A program made the position numbers and the translations under genes. The notes under the pieces are model-generated. The model did no database searches. It was not told the DNA's origin and saw only the letters and a list, made by a program, of their open reading frames with translations. Shown piece by piece: positions 37,207 through 49,810 of a DNA stretch of 64,000 nt; position 1 is the first letter of the stretch, and each line of letters begins with the position of its first letter. The stretch is from Phoronis australis (Eukaryota > Animalia > Phoronida). The stretch spans positions 742,412-806,411 of the forward strand of contig NMRA01000114.1 of assembly GCA_002633005.1 (NCBI GenBank). The letters run 5' to 3'.

Positions 37207-38523
37207 TTTTTTTTCACTGTGATATATATTTATTGAAGGATACACAGAACATACAAAGAAATAATAACAAACCCAGAAACCGCGAAGCATTATATCTGGG
37301 TTGTAAACAATTCATAAATGAAACTTATATACATAGAGATATATACAATTAAGTAGTATCTAAAATAAGTATTCCAATACTTAGACATGCTATTACAGAT
37401 ATATAAAAACAAAAATATTTACAGATTCATGTAGGGAAATCAGATGCAACAATATTGATAAACGGTATNNNNNNNNNNNNNNNNNNNNNNNNNNNNNNNN
37501 NNNNNNNNNNNNNNNNNNNNNNNNNNNNNNNNNNNNNNNNNNNNNNNNNNNNNNNNNNNNNNNNNNNNNNNNNNNNNNNNNNNNNNNNNNNNNNNNNNNN
37601 NNNNNNNNNNNNNNNNNNNNNNNNNNNNNNNNNNNNNNNNNNNNNNNNNNNNNNNNNNNNNNNNNNNNNNNNNNNNNNNNNNNNNNNNNNNNNNNNNNNN
37701 NNNNNNNNNNNNNNNNNNNNNNNNNNNNNNNNNNNNNNNNNNNNNNNNNNNNNNNNNNNNNNNNNNNNNNNNNNNNNNNNNNNNNNNNNNNNNNNNNNNN
37801 NNNNNNNNNNNNNNNNNNNNNNNNNNNNNNNNNNNNNNNNNNNNNNNNNNNNNNNNNNNNNNNNNNNNNNNNNNNNNNNNNNNNNNNNNNNNNNNNNNNN
37901 NNNNNNNNNNNNNNNNNNNNNNNNNNNNNNNNNNNNNNNNNNNNNNNNNNNNNNNNNNNNNNNNNNNNNNNNNNNNNNNNNNNNNNNNNNNNNNNNNNNN
38001 NNNNNNNNNNNNNNNNNNNNNNNNNNNNNNNNNNNNNNNNNNNNNNNNNNNNNNNNNNNNNNNNNNNNNNNNNNNNNNNNNNNNNNNNNNNNNNNNNNNN
38101 NNNNNNNNNNNNNNNNNNNNNNNNNNNNNNNNNNNNNNNNNNNNNNNNNNNNNNNNNNNNNNNNNNNNNNNNNNNNNNNNNNNNNNNNNNNNNNNNNNNN
38201 NNNNNNNNNNTTGAAAGTACGCCATCGACACGAACACTGTATGTTCTTTCGGAGAGATATGAGGTGATCATGTTTAAAAGATTACCAGTAATGCCATAGG
38301 ATCGAAGTTTGTGAAGTAGAAGGTCGTGAGGGACACAGTCGAAAGCAGAAGCTATATCTAGAAAAATGGACCTGACACTCTCTCCCTTCTCAAAATGTAA
38401 ATGAATCTCATGTACTATTTCAACAAGTTGTGCCACGGTGCTGTTCCCACGCAAAAAACAAATTGACGATGATAGATCAAGTTGTTTTGTTTGAGAAATG
38501 TAAGAATACTTTGAGCAATGAAC
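37207..38523 (-). mobile_element. 5'-truncated non-LTR retrotransposon (CR1/L2-like RT) with A-tail and 11-bp TSD; interior lost in gap
   Basis: RT motifs QF.F.RGNST...SIFLDIASAFDCVPHDLLLHKLRSYGITG...SYLSERTYSVRVDG (38211-38520, one frameshift near 38458); AATAAA plus A-run at ~37205-37234 on the - strand; AACAAAAACTT at 37196-37206 and 38524-38534. Confidence 0.88.
37469..38210. other. Assembly gap (N run) inside LINE
   Basis: Run of N. Confidence 1.
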
Positions 38524-39068
38524 AACAAAAACTTCTAGGCATGGTTAGAAATTTGGCTAATATGCATAGCAAATTACGCATAACTTGAAATGTCATTTAC
38601 TTTTTGTGTATAAGTGATGAATAAATCTGTTCTCCACTGAAAACAATGTTTGCTAAGTGTGTTTTGTTTTCTTCTTAGCTAATCGGAAATGATGGAACAA
38701 GGACACGACAAAGAAGGTAAAATGCCGGCAGCATGCCGTTGTTAAAGCTTACGCGGACATGTTCCTTTGTAAACTGTGGCTTGGCCCTCCTCATGACATT
38801 CTGGACCCGCCACTGCTTAGGTACGGTGGATGAGTACCGGGAATTTCTAATACTAACCCCAGGGCGCATATTCGGTGAAAGAAAATTTCTAACCTTTACT
38901 ACCGATCCCTGGCAGAATTTTGGAATGTAATGGGAGTCTAAAAACGGAAAGTTTCCGTATACAGGCCCTTAGGCTCTTTGGAAAAGGTAATATTGTTAAA
39001 AACAAGATCTGCTGTACACATTAGTCACATATTACAAGTAGACTAGAAAACAAATCCTTCGAACTTAC

Positions 39069-39242
39069 GTCTTGGTTTCGTCTGGCTGAGCTAGCGAAGT
39101 GGTTGACTTCTTCATGTTGCATATTTGACTCGATGTCGGTCGCAATGGCGATTCGCCCCTGCCGTCAACAGGTGAAGCGGCCGCTTCACCCAGAATGAAA
39201 TTTACAAGCGAAGATCGTAGCTTCTTTAATTCTTCCTCTGGT
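39069..39242 (-). CDS. Uncharacterised gene, model exon 4
   Basis: GTATTTAG|PEEELKKLRSSLVNFILGEAAASPVDGRGESPLRPTSSQICNMKKSTTSLAQPDETK|GTAAGT; 174 nt, phase 2 to 2. Confidence 0.6.
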
Positions 39243-40728
39243 CTAAATACATTTAGGATCGATAATCACTTTCCGTTTTGCAATCGATACAGCATCATGG
39301 ACAAATCATTTATCACGTCATGCCTTGTACTATAAAAAATAGTGCAGGTGGTCTGATGTCATTTTCGATGGATCAGACGTGCCTCATGGTTGGGCCTATT
39401 GCAAAAAAAGTTAAAAGCACGAGAGCCTCGTTATGGTTCTTCGAGAAGGAAGTTTGCAAGTCCACCTGTCTCCTATAAAAATGGCCAGACGTTTCCATTT
39501 GTTGCCATGCACTATATGTTGTAGGTCTTGTACTATAGAACTGAGCGTTTTTAATTTATTATCAAAATTTGCCAAAATTCAATTCAAGTGGAGATTTGGT
39601 GTCATTCAACTTACGGGCGGCCATTGTTAGTATGCCGCCAGAAATTAAAGTTTTTAGTAATACATAAAATAACGTCTGTTTTGAAAAAAGAGATGTCTTG
39701 CATAAGGCAGACGACATTTGGGAATATGCGTTGCCGTTTTGTCGAAAATAATTTAAGTTAAATTTCATTTTGCCAAGTTTTATAACGTAACTTTCAGCAT
39801 CAGGACCTACTGATTTATACTACTAAACAAAAGAAAAGGACTGTTATATTTTCTTATTTGCCTTAGTTTATGAAGTTAGGCCTACCGACATGTGGAACTA
39901 AACGAAACTGACAAGGGATACCGTGACAATCTTAATAAACGGCCGTCACACATGCCTAGAGCAGATGAAATGGCACGTAAATTGTTGGGGAACATGCATT
40001 ACAAAACAATGCTTCAGTCGTGATCTCATCATGAGTGGCCATCACGTTATTATCATTGACGTCAGCATTGACACGTTTGGCCTCTGTTATTATCACCATC
40101 ATTATCAGAATTCACAGGTAGATCTGTTCTTGTTGCTTTATCAGGCTTGATCAAAGACTACTTTCGTCATCGTTTTCGTTATCAATAGCCTTTAGCCTTC
40201 AATCATTCACAAACCGGTTGCGAGTTGTTTGCGGGCCTACGTCAATCTCAGGACATTGTTCCCTCTCGTCGGAGTTGGCTGAAGGACCAGAACACGGGCG
40301 TTCTAATTAACATCCTCCTTTTCTCACTCAAAATGTCATGAGTTGAATTTCTTTTTTAACGTACAGCAATTATGTTCTAACAGATTTCTTTTTTTTTCTC
40401 ATAAAGCGCATGAACAGCGTAGGTGAATAATGAGAACGGAACGCCTTTCGTAACAAAATTATACTGTTTGTCAAAAATGAAAAATCTTCAAGTTCGTAAG
40501 AAAAAAAATGCATGTTACGAGAAGGGAGTTTGTTCATGTAAAAAGGACACTGTTCTTGTGAACGCTGTCGGGGATCGTGAGGGATGAAAAGTGTTTGCAC
40601 TGGTTCATTCTCTCGGTGAAGATATGTTCTCCTTCAGCGACTTCACGTCACATCCTATGTTGCTTTCAAATGTAACACTAAGATGGTTTGGAAATGCAGT
40701 AATTTACTTAAGAATAAAAAACACTTAC

Positions 40729-41096
40729 ATGTCTGAGATTTTATCCGTTGCTGCAGCACTGTCAGTTGATTCCGTTTGTGCTTCTTTGTCGTCAAGGCAT
40801 TCGAATAATTTCTGGCGTAGTCTATGCTTTCTGAAAACAATTCTCTTGCGACGTCTGGTGGCTTTTAACGATTTCGCAAACGAGTTTCTTTGTTTGCGCA
40901 GGAGGCCACTGATTGTTTTTTCTAAGCGCTGTTGGTATTGAGAGGCAGCGGCCCAGTTGGTCGTCTGCTGCCGCAACTGCTCGCTTATGAGGTCTTGAAG
41001 TTGGGATAGTTCTTTCAGAGCTGAGTCAGTGTTTGCTTCAGATGAAAGATGGCGTCGTACAAATTGCAAGAACTTAGTTGCGGGTTTCCGTGAGAA
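40729..41096 (-). CDS. Uncharacterised gene, model exon 3 (helical/coiled-coil, basic cluster)
   Basis: TTAACTGCAG|FSRKPATKFLQFVRRH...LKELSQLQDLISEQLRQQ...TRRRKRIVFRKHRLRQK...KISD|GTAAGT; 368 nt. Confidence 0.72.
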
Positions 41097-41508
41097 CTGC
41101 AGTTAAAAAGACACGTTCTCTTGAAGAATTGAAGACAACCGTTACCGTGGTATTTATTGTCGCCATCTGATTGGCGTTATTCGAGTTCTTCGCGGAATCA
41201 CGCAAAGTATTTGTTTTTATGAAAATTATATTATGTTTTTACAATAATGATAAAAACCCATTCCTCAAATGGCCTCTAGCGACTTTCACTTACTAAAAGA
41301 TTAATTAACCATAAAAATCGAAATATTCCAACTTCAAAATAAATCAAATTCAAATTTCTTCAAAAATTTGATGTCATTCTGAGACAACATTTAGGGGAAA
41401 TGCCTTCTTCGTTTAACTTAGATTGTGATACGACACTTTTATTAAGATTTTCAACGAAGATGAATCGTAAGGCATCTTTAGAAGGTCTACGATCCTTACG
41501 TCACTTAC

Positions 41509-41743
41509 TCCAATAGTATGTTGCCATAGGCAACAGCCAACCAACACAGCGCTAGCTGCAAGAATGACTGCCGTCGACGGAACTCCTGGGTACTCGTTGA
41601 AAGAGATCGAGCTCCAGTCAAGCCAACTCCCGAGGTCTTGTGGCGATGATTCACTCTTTACATCCACAACATGCGGCTCTGCTGGGCTTGCTGGTTGCGA
41701 CAGTCCCAGTGTCTCAGGAACTGACTTCAACCAGCTGTAAAGA
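41509..41743 (-). CDS. Uncharacterised gene, model exon 2 (single predicted TM helix)
   Basis: TGTGTTCAG|LYSWLKSVPETLG...TAVILAASAVLVGCCLWQHTIG|GTAAGT; 235 nt. Confidence 0.72.
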
Positions 41744-42173
41744 CTGAACACAAGACAAACTAAGTTTCACTAACACATTTATAAATTTTCGGTCGAGATC
41801 ATAAGTAATTCTTCTTTTACGGCCGTGCACGAAATTTAATTCGTGAAACGAAAAGAAATAAATTTGTCGTGTCTGAAGGAAACACTTTCCTTTAGAACAC
41901 GAAATTAATCACGTCTTTCGAAAGGTATTGTTCATTAAAATGGGAAAATTACTCGTTGCATTGTATGTACACGGTGTCCAAACATGTTTACAAAATAACT
42001 CTGAAATATAACTGCCGGGAAATGGTCTCAATCGAAGGACACCAAAGTTTGTTTTGCAATTACAAAGTAAAGAAAATGCAACAGTTGACTTTAATTCAGA
42101 AACAAAAAAACAACAAAAACAATGCGTTTTAGCACCAAACACAATCGGTTGCGCAGGGTCAGTGCATTCTTAC

Positions 42174-42193
42174 CTAGTCGCCCAGTTGTCCAT
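42174..42193 (-). CDS. Uncharacterised gene, model exon 1
   Basis: AACAAC-ATG GAC AAC TGG GCG ACT AG|GTAAGA; phase 2 matches exon 2. Confidence 0.62.
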
Positions 42194-42261
42194 GTTGTTT
42201 ATTCCTATCAACTGTACACATACGAGCGACGTTGAAAGAAAAGCAACACCGTGCATTTTTC

Positions 42262-42310
42262 GTTAGTCATGACGTCACAAGATCATTGGCAAACACTGGT
42301 GACGTCGTTC
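42262..42310. promoter_or_regulatory. CRE/AP-1/CCAAT cluster upstream of the minus-strand gene, in the divergent interval with MIDN
   Basis: TTAGTCA (42263), perfect CRE TGACGTCA (42270-42277), ATTGG (~42285), TGACGTCG (42300). Confidence 0.5.
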
Positions 42311-43499
42311 TTTGTTGCATAAATTATTAATTAATTCCGCAACGACAATTGTTCTGAATGAGGGCGTTCAGCTGAAAATGTGATTAGAGCGTTAACGTTT
42401 GGATTGCATTCGATGCTTAGCCAGTGCAACCGGACGACGTCCTGGCAGACTTGATGCTGGAAAATAATGAAAAGTTATTCGTGAATGGACACGTTTGTAT
42501 TGCGTGTATGATTTTCCATCTTACTCTTTCTATTTGCTAGAGTGTGGCCAAGGGACGCGTGGTTATCATTTCTTTTCTCTATACCGGGTAAAACGCAAAT
42601 CATCAATCGCACAAAATAATGCGTCTCTACATAAAAACCTGGGAAGTTGAAATTGCATTTCGCCTTGTTCAGCAGGCTCAAAAGCGAAAGCAGACTTAAG
42701 CTTTTTGCGAATGTCTGACGGGCAAACTAATAGTTAATACTCTGCCCCAGCCTGGGCTCCCTAACTCAAAATCCTGGATCAGCCCCTGTGAGCCCCCTGG
42801 GTGCGCGCGTGAGAACAATTGAAACGACAAAAATAATTTCGGGCCCTAATCATGGGCAAGATAACTCGTCAACTTCTCGGGTTTCGAATTGACTGTTTTG
42901 AAAATTTTAATGGGGACGAGAAGCTGCTTTATATTTTTCAATGCCTTAACGCATGCTCATCCGCAAGTTATTCTTTTTGAAGGTGTCCCTGTCTGTTTCC
43001 TTTATCTGTCACTATCGGTACCGCAGTCGCTCCCGGCCGTATCGTGGGGCCGTGAGCCTCGGACCGGTATGCGGGCGCTATGCAGCGGGTCCCCCTGCTG
43101 TTGCCTGTGACTCAATATACTCACTGTGTCTGTGTCGTGTCACACTAAATAATTAAAACTGTATTGCGAAACATGAAATTAATAAACTACCAACGGTGCA
43201 TGATTTTGCTGACTAAACCGTTCGCGCCGGAACCCACGCACCGTGCAGTTCGTTGTTCGATTATGTCGCAATCGCACCGACAATAAACGCGGTCAAGGTT
43301 TCGGCTCGATAAATTGACTAACAATAGTAATCGAAATTCCCGTTTGAATAAAGGGATTATTTCTATATTTTCGCACATGGGTCCTGTTTTTGATATTTCA
43401 ATGGGAAATAAGAGATTTGTAATTGAGATGCATATTTCGCATGGTTAAGCACCAATATACCACTAAAGGTCGATCCGTGTCAGCTGGCGGGAACCCGTC

Positions 43500-43600
43500 A
43501 CAATAATGGAATCGTCCAGCTGCCTTACGATTGGTCGATTAAAGGTGATTGTGGTTTTAGGGCGGTCAACAGCTTGGCTTGGATTTTGTGGCGTACGGAC
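43500..43600 (+). promoter_or_regulatory. Putative MIDN proximal promoter
   Basis: CpG-rich, GATTGG (~43529) and GGGCGG (~43560), ~170-200 bp upstream of ATG 43726. Confidence 0.4.
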
Positions 43601-43725
43601 GCGGTTTGGTGTGAATTAACTGCATGTGAAGCGTTTTGAGAATAAAGGAATTGAAGAATTTTGTCGTGCAGACGTGCAGACGAATCATAGGTGACGAGAA
43701 GAGCTTAACATTTCGATACAACGCA

Positions 43726-43958
43726 ATGGATGAGTCTCCTATATCCGACATCCATCCTGCAACTTGCAGCGCTGTGGTCGGACCCAGCGGCAGCGAAAAC
43801 CAGTCCGGCAAAAAGATCAACGTTCAAGTCTGCCCCACAACCGGTGGAGAATTTACTGTGGAATTATCCAACTCAGAAACTGTAGAGGGACTCAAAAAGG
43901 CCATCCATCGAAAGATCAAGGTTTCTAAGGAAAGGATAAATGTTCTTCACAAAGACAG
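43726..43958 (+). CDS. MIDN: Midnolin exon 1 (ubiquitin-like domain, N part)
   Basis: MDESPIS...INVQVCPTTGGEFTVELSNSETVEGLKKAIHRKIKVSKERINVLHKDR, similar to midnolin ETVEGLRKRLSQRLKVPKERLALLHKD; donor GTAAAT. Confidence 0.92.
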
Positions 43959-45351
43959 GTAAATGCAGTATTGAGATCACCCGACCCATCAGTGGGATGA
44001 CGACTTCCCGTGGCCCGGGGAGAGGGGAGGGGGGTGGGGGTGGTGTGTAGCTGCCGTCAGCTCCAGCCACTAAACCCAAAGGGTCTCCATTCTTCGTAAG
44101 CACTGGTATGTCTCGTGGCTGAGTACTAGGTCCACGGGCGAATTGAATTGTTGAAAAGGCCAGTAGGACCGGTTCTGACCAGAAGCACAGGCCGAGCCCC
44201 AGCGTTGGCATTGATTAAATCTCTGGCTAAGAAGGCAAGTTACATAATTCTGTAAGACCCACTGAGCCGCTATTACAGCTTTGCTTGCCTTTGTCACGTT
44301 TGCGCCAACAGTGTGGCACACTGGCTCAGGCACCAGGAGGTTTCAAGCGCATGTAGAGGATTCTGTCTTGCAACAGGCCAACACGGCAACAGGACTAGTG
44401 AGGCTCATGTCTTATGATAAGAATACTGTACAAATTCTGCTCGAACCCTGGGGCAGCGGTCGCTGGCATTTATCTAGGGTTAATGTATGACAGATTGATT
44501 TCCAGGATTGCCTAATGCAGTGATTACATTTGAACACCCCTCAAGAGTTTAGGGAATAACAAAAGGTGGTGGCCTCCCTTACTGTGTTGCTTGTCCACAA
44601 AACAAGGCTCGTTTTCACAGCTAAGTCAGAATATAGCACACACATTTTTATGACAACATTGTATTGTAGTTGTGCATATCTGAACATTGCTCTGTTCATA
44701 CGCAGTGTTTTGAAGGCAAATTTGTGCACTTTTGAACGTATGTATTCCATTATTACGTTATCCACACAACTCCATAGTCTACAGTTTAGCATTCATTATT
44801 GGTGACACCATAGTTCTAAGACTTAATTAAGCAAATGTTTCTCAGCTTCAGTAGCTTCAGTTGTATTGAGGTTCTAGCACGTTTCAGGAGGGACACGGTC
44901 ACCCTGTCTGTTAAGACGGAGACATTTGTAAAGGAGAGGTCGACTGCGACTCCATGTTTTTTAAATTGTTTTTGCTGCGCGTCTACCATTAGGCCTACCA
45001 CAGAATTCCCAGGAGTGCACATTGCAACCGAATTGAATTGAACCCATCGCTTACCACCATGGAAGGAAGTAATAAAATTGGTGTTGGGGATGAGATCAAC
45101 GAGGTGGTTGGTCAACGATCTTGTTGACCAACATGTCGATGTTATTGACCACCACGTCACTGTTGTGAATTCTGTTGCCTTCTGGCTGACGTACCCGTCG
45201 GGTTCTTCACTGTGGATTGAGGGAATTTTCTTTGGTCCTCAATCAAACGTGAATTCAGTTTGAAACTATATCTGAGTTTCACAGTTTAATCTCATGTATT
45301 GTTGTGTGAACGTAGTGAAAATATCGAGTGAGCAGCATTCTCTTTTTCCAG

Positions 45352-45439
45352 AATATTAAAAGACGGCACATTATTGGAAAACCAAGTGGTGGATGGATCG
45401 CGACTAACGTTGTTACCAAATATTGAAAGTGGCCTTGTG
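45352..45439 (+). CDS. MIDN: Midnolin exon 2 (Ubl C part)
   Basis: ILKDGTLLENQVVDGSRLTLLPNIESGLV, similar to GVGDGSKLTLVPTVEAGLM; TTCCAG/GTTAGT. Confidence 0.94.
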
Positions 45440-46435
45440 GTTAGTAAATTAGCTTTCATTCCTAGAAACATGTGCGGCATTTTCCATTTATTTTTTGTAA
45501 TCTTTCACTTAGTGTCGTCACTTTTTAATTAATCTTGTCAGGCGACCCGGGGGCCAATGACCGTCTAGTTATTGACCTTGCTTAAACTTTGATTTACTCT
45601 ATGTAATATAGTAATGTAGAAAGTAGATCCTTTTTTCAGTAACCGCGGTAACAGTGTAGTACTATTTCACCTGCTGAATAAGGATACTGTAAATGATGTT
45701 TTATTGAAAGGAACTTCCGGGGGGAATAAGCAATATTCTACACATACAACAACTGTTTAGCATTGGGGAAGCACGTAAGCATCTGGCAGAAAGGAGCCAA
45801 GATATGAAGTACGACAATGTAATTTCTTTCATTCACTGTCACTTTGAAACCTTGCACATTTTTGTGTGAGTTTGTAAAAATCACTGGGAAATACAAAAAA
45901 TGCAGAAGGCTGTCCACCATCGCCATCTAGTGGCAAAGTATACTTCAACATGTCGTCGCCATATTGGAAAATGACTGCACTGGGATGAGAGAATTTATTA
46001 GTCATCTAGTTCTCCCAATTAATTAAATACAAAATAAGTTCTTAATATGTTGTTTAATGTGGTATGACACTTGTAGAATACAAAACAATTCAAAATAAGA
46101 TGGATGGGTCTGTTTGTTGACAAATAAGGTCAAGAATATTGCAAACTTTGTGCTTTGTTATTTGTTTGTTTTGTCCTAAGCCATATGTGGAAGCCCGCCT
46201 ACATCATAGTCCTAACTGGATTACTGAATGTTGTGTGTAAACAAAAATTGAGTGCAAACCTATCATAGAGATCCACGCTTATATTTTTTGTGTTTCCAAA
46301 CATGTTGACAAAGTCTTTGTCCCTGCGGTGAAGTGGGTGATTTAACATTTTGTGCTGGTTTGTTGTTGTTTAATTAAAAGCTTGTATGTCATTTTCCACT
46401 GATGTTTGCCTCAACCTTTACTAGACTTGTTCTCT

Positions 46436-46611
46436 TGATAAATCTCACCAATTTCGTACAAAGTGATTTCCAGAATTGCCTGCTTTACTTTTTTCTAAAA
46501 TTTCTGAAACTTGACTGATGGTAACTATGTAAAGTGGTGATTAGCAGCGTTTATTTGATGAAAAAAAAAAAAAAATTTCAGGTCCACCAAAGATGGTGAG
46601 ATTTTACCATA
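46436..46611. mobile_element. MITE family B copy 2
   Basis: ATAAATCTCACCAATT ... GATGGTGAGATTTTACCATA. Confidence 0.55.
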
Positions 46612-46737
46612 GTCAATACGCTTTTCCTGCATGCGTTTTGAGAAGCTCGCGAAGAGGCAATATCACTCAAGATTTTCACGAGATACAGCTTCCTTTGCGA
46701 GATTCTTGCCAATTCTTGTGTCTAAGGAACTCTACCT

Positions 46738-46862
46738 GGGCTAATATGGCTGAATGGTTCTGGGTATTGCATAATACGCAAAGGTGCAAGACCATGTCTC
46801 TGAATTTGGTAACTGAGTTTTGTTGGCCTATAGCTGGAGTATTGTTGAATCGAGCCTTTAGA
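46738..46862 (+). mobile_element. Highly degenerate tRNA-derived SINE fragment
   Basis: TGGCTGAATGGTT head and GCTGGAGTATTGTTGAATCGAGCCTTTA tail resembling invertebrate SINE 3' ends. Confidence 0.35.
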
Positions 46863-49761
46863 ATGGATATTTCATTATCCATTCTAAACAATTAATTCGC
46901 CATTTTACATAAGGCCAAAAATAGCATAATCGGTTCTGGTCTGCACGTGTCTCAGGTTGAAACCTGCGTCGCCTTGCTGTGAAAAGAAAAAACCCGGCTC
47001 CTTGTCGCTTATGGCGATAACCTTTTTCAAAAGCTAAACAAACCTATCTATTTTTGCTATTCTTCAAAAAAGTAACTTGGTAACCCAGCACACGCAATCA
47101 TTTGGTTTTGACCTTAATTGATTAACAACAGGTTTTCCATGGCAAGTGGTGTGGTTTTGAGTTTTGGCCAACATTCCGCCGTTGTGGAAATCAGCCAACG
47201 TTCAAACTCGTTGACCTCAGGGACAATTAATGTTGCGTAACCTAAGCCTTGCCTTCCCTGGCAGTGTGACATACTGATTTGTTAACATCAGGTTTCAACT
47301 TAAAGCCGAATGTTGTCCATGAATGTTGACTAAAGGCCAACCAGGATGACAATATGTCAACTCTTCCTGGAACTGTTTGTGAGCTAGATTTGCACCCCTG
47401 TTCACAACTGTGGTGTAGATAATTTCCAGGTAAGACCTGCCCACGTAATGCTCATTCCCAGGGTCTTGTGTTGCCCACTCACATTCCCTGATTATATCAC
47501 AGGGCTGAGTGTTGGCTTTGCTGTCTGTGTAATAGTCTCCTGCTCTCAGAATGTGCTCACTGTGTAGAAACGAGGTCATAGGTCAAAGTTGATGTGTGAA
47601 GGCAGGTGGGGATTAGAGTTCACAGGAGAAGTGGGGTGATCCACCAAGTGAACTTGCGAACTTGGTGCGGTTTCTTCAAATTTAGAATACAGTATTGTGG
47701 AACAGTAAAAATTTATTTTCAAGTGAAATTTTCAACGAAAATTAACATTATTTGCACAGATGTCATCAACATTTGATTTTTCTCATTTTTAACAATGCAG
47801 TGAGTTTTTTAAAAGTGAACAAATGTCAATTATGACAATTGTTTTTGTTTGAATTTAACGAAGTTATACTTCTGTTGGGGTGGTGCTTTGCCATGCTGGC
47901 TTGCCATTCAACATTTTTCTTTTCTGTCGTTTGTCGACTCGCCAAGCAGCTACATGCAGTCTGCTCATTACAAGTTGTTTTAACTGTCACCTCATAAAAA
48001 TTGTTTCTTCCGTGTGGTTACGTGCTGAACTTGGATCAGTTCCGTTCACTGAACAATGTCTATCTGCAAACAACACGTGGTAAAATTTTAACCTCTTCCA
48101 ACAATGAAAAAACTTGAGAGGATTGGACATTCGCAAGTTGGCTATATTATTTTTGTCCCAGACTGTTCATTGTCACCTGATTTACATTTCCAACCACTAC
48201 TTTAGTGACCGACATGATATCAATAACTTAATAAGATAAAACTGCCTTTAAATCTCATTTTCTGAGCTGCAGATGAATCCCAGATTTGTGGAGTCCACTA
48301 ATCAATAAGTTGCAAAGGTCATTTATCATTAATAGTCAAGGTGATATTGTGTAGGTACTGTGATGATACATTGATTGTTCCAGTTTGCGAACTACCCAAG
48401 TGCATGTGTCCTCTTCTTGCACTGAGCCTCGCCCAGTGTGAAATGTCATTGTCTTGTTGTTTTCAAACATACGCCTACTCTCTCATCGCAACATTAATTC
48501 AATTAAGTCTTCTCGATTCTAATTGGTAGACAGTTAATTAATTGTCGACATTAATCAATTAAGAGTTTAAAAGTCCAGCATGACATAACAATACTTGTTT
48601 ATAGGTAAACTCGTAAATGTGTGAAGGTGTTTTTTTTTATCGGGTGGGGTGGTTCGACTTTGAATTGGAACATTGTTTGTAAACAAAACCAATCTTTGCC
48701 CAGGTAGTTTCCTGTTGAACATGATTCATGTGTGAAAGGGTGAGTTGAAATTGAAAATGATGTCCAGAGTAAGTTTTAGGCAATTTATTCTCATTCGAAA
48801 CTAGTGGGATTAGGCCTAACATTGAACATTGCTTGGAGGACATTTTGGGCGCTGTCTGACTAGCACTAATTGTTGAGTGTTGTTTACCACATATTCTCAT
48901 ATATCATATACAACTATCGTATACTATGTTGTACAAAAAATCAGGAGCGTGTAAACGGGCTTTAAGAATATACCAGCAGCCATTTTTTCCACTGCCACTT
49001 TGTAAACTTCGGGTTATCGTCTGCATGCAAATCGCATTTCTGTATTTTTCTAATCTTTCATTTTCTGAGACAGTCTGTGCAATCAAAAATACATCTAATG
49101 CGAGTCAGAAATTAATTTTTCTACCCACGTCAACTGATTTCCGATAGCACAAGAGTCGGATTAAAGGATTTATTGATGGCGTCTTGATTGTGTAGGATTT
49201 GGAATTCTGTCTTATTGTTCATGTTTTCATAGATTTTATTCCTAACAGCTAGTGAGCTATATGAGTAATTGTTAGTTGTTCAGGGCTTACAGTAATAAAG
49301 CCTGACCCCTATGTATTGACCCCCATAAAGCCTGGCCCCTATGTATTGACCCCCATATAACCCCTTTACTCTGGTGTAGCCTGTTTGATTTTGACGGTTG
49401 GTCTTTGCCGTTTCTATGAGTACTTCACCTCACGAGGCATCTTGTCTGGAATGAAACCAAGATTGAGTTTGGCTGCCTCAAACTGAACAAAAGAATACAT
49501 GTTTTGACTCCTTGCTGTCGTGACGTTTTTCATCTCATTGCTGTCGTAATCACGTGTGTACGTATATCCAAATGAATACATGCCCACTGATGTCCAGACA
49601 CGGAATTCCGTGGGTGGTTCATCGTCATGTGACAGGGCCACATTTCCAAATCAAGCAGTGCTGTGACAGAGTTCATAAGCTGGGACACTTTGCATGCAGG
49701 TCGTGTTAACCCCAAAAACGCTGGCCAATTTGTAGCCAAACTGCTGAAGCACTGCCCATAG

Positions 49762-49763
<2 letters not shown>

Positions 49764-49797
<34 letters not shown>

Positions 49798-49810
49798 CAT
49801 CATTATTATT
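49764..49810. repeat. (TTA)n microsatellite
   Basis: TTATTATTA... with two TCA interruptions. Confidence 0.9.

Noticed and set aside
18139-38267. Long ORFs containing X runs (18139, 18253, 18260, 23341-23361, 37440, 37455)
   Set aside because: Artefacts of N gaps; only the RT part of 37393-38454 is real.
45059-45127. Perfect Kozak CCACCATGG opening a 22-codon ORF in MIDN intron 1
   Set aside because: No phase-2 donor to join MIDN exon 2 and too short to support independently.
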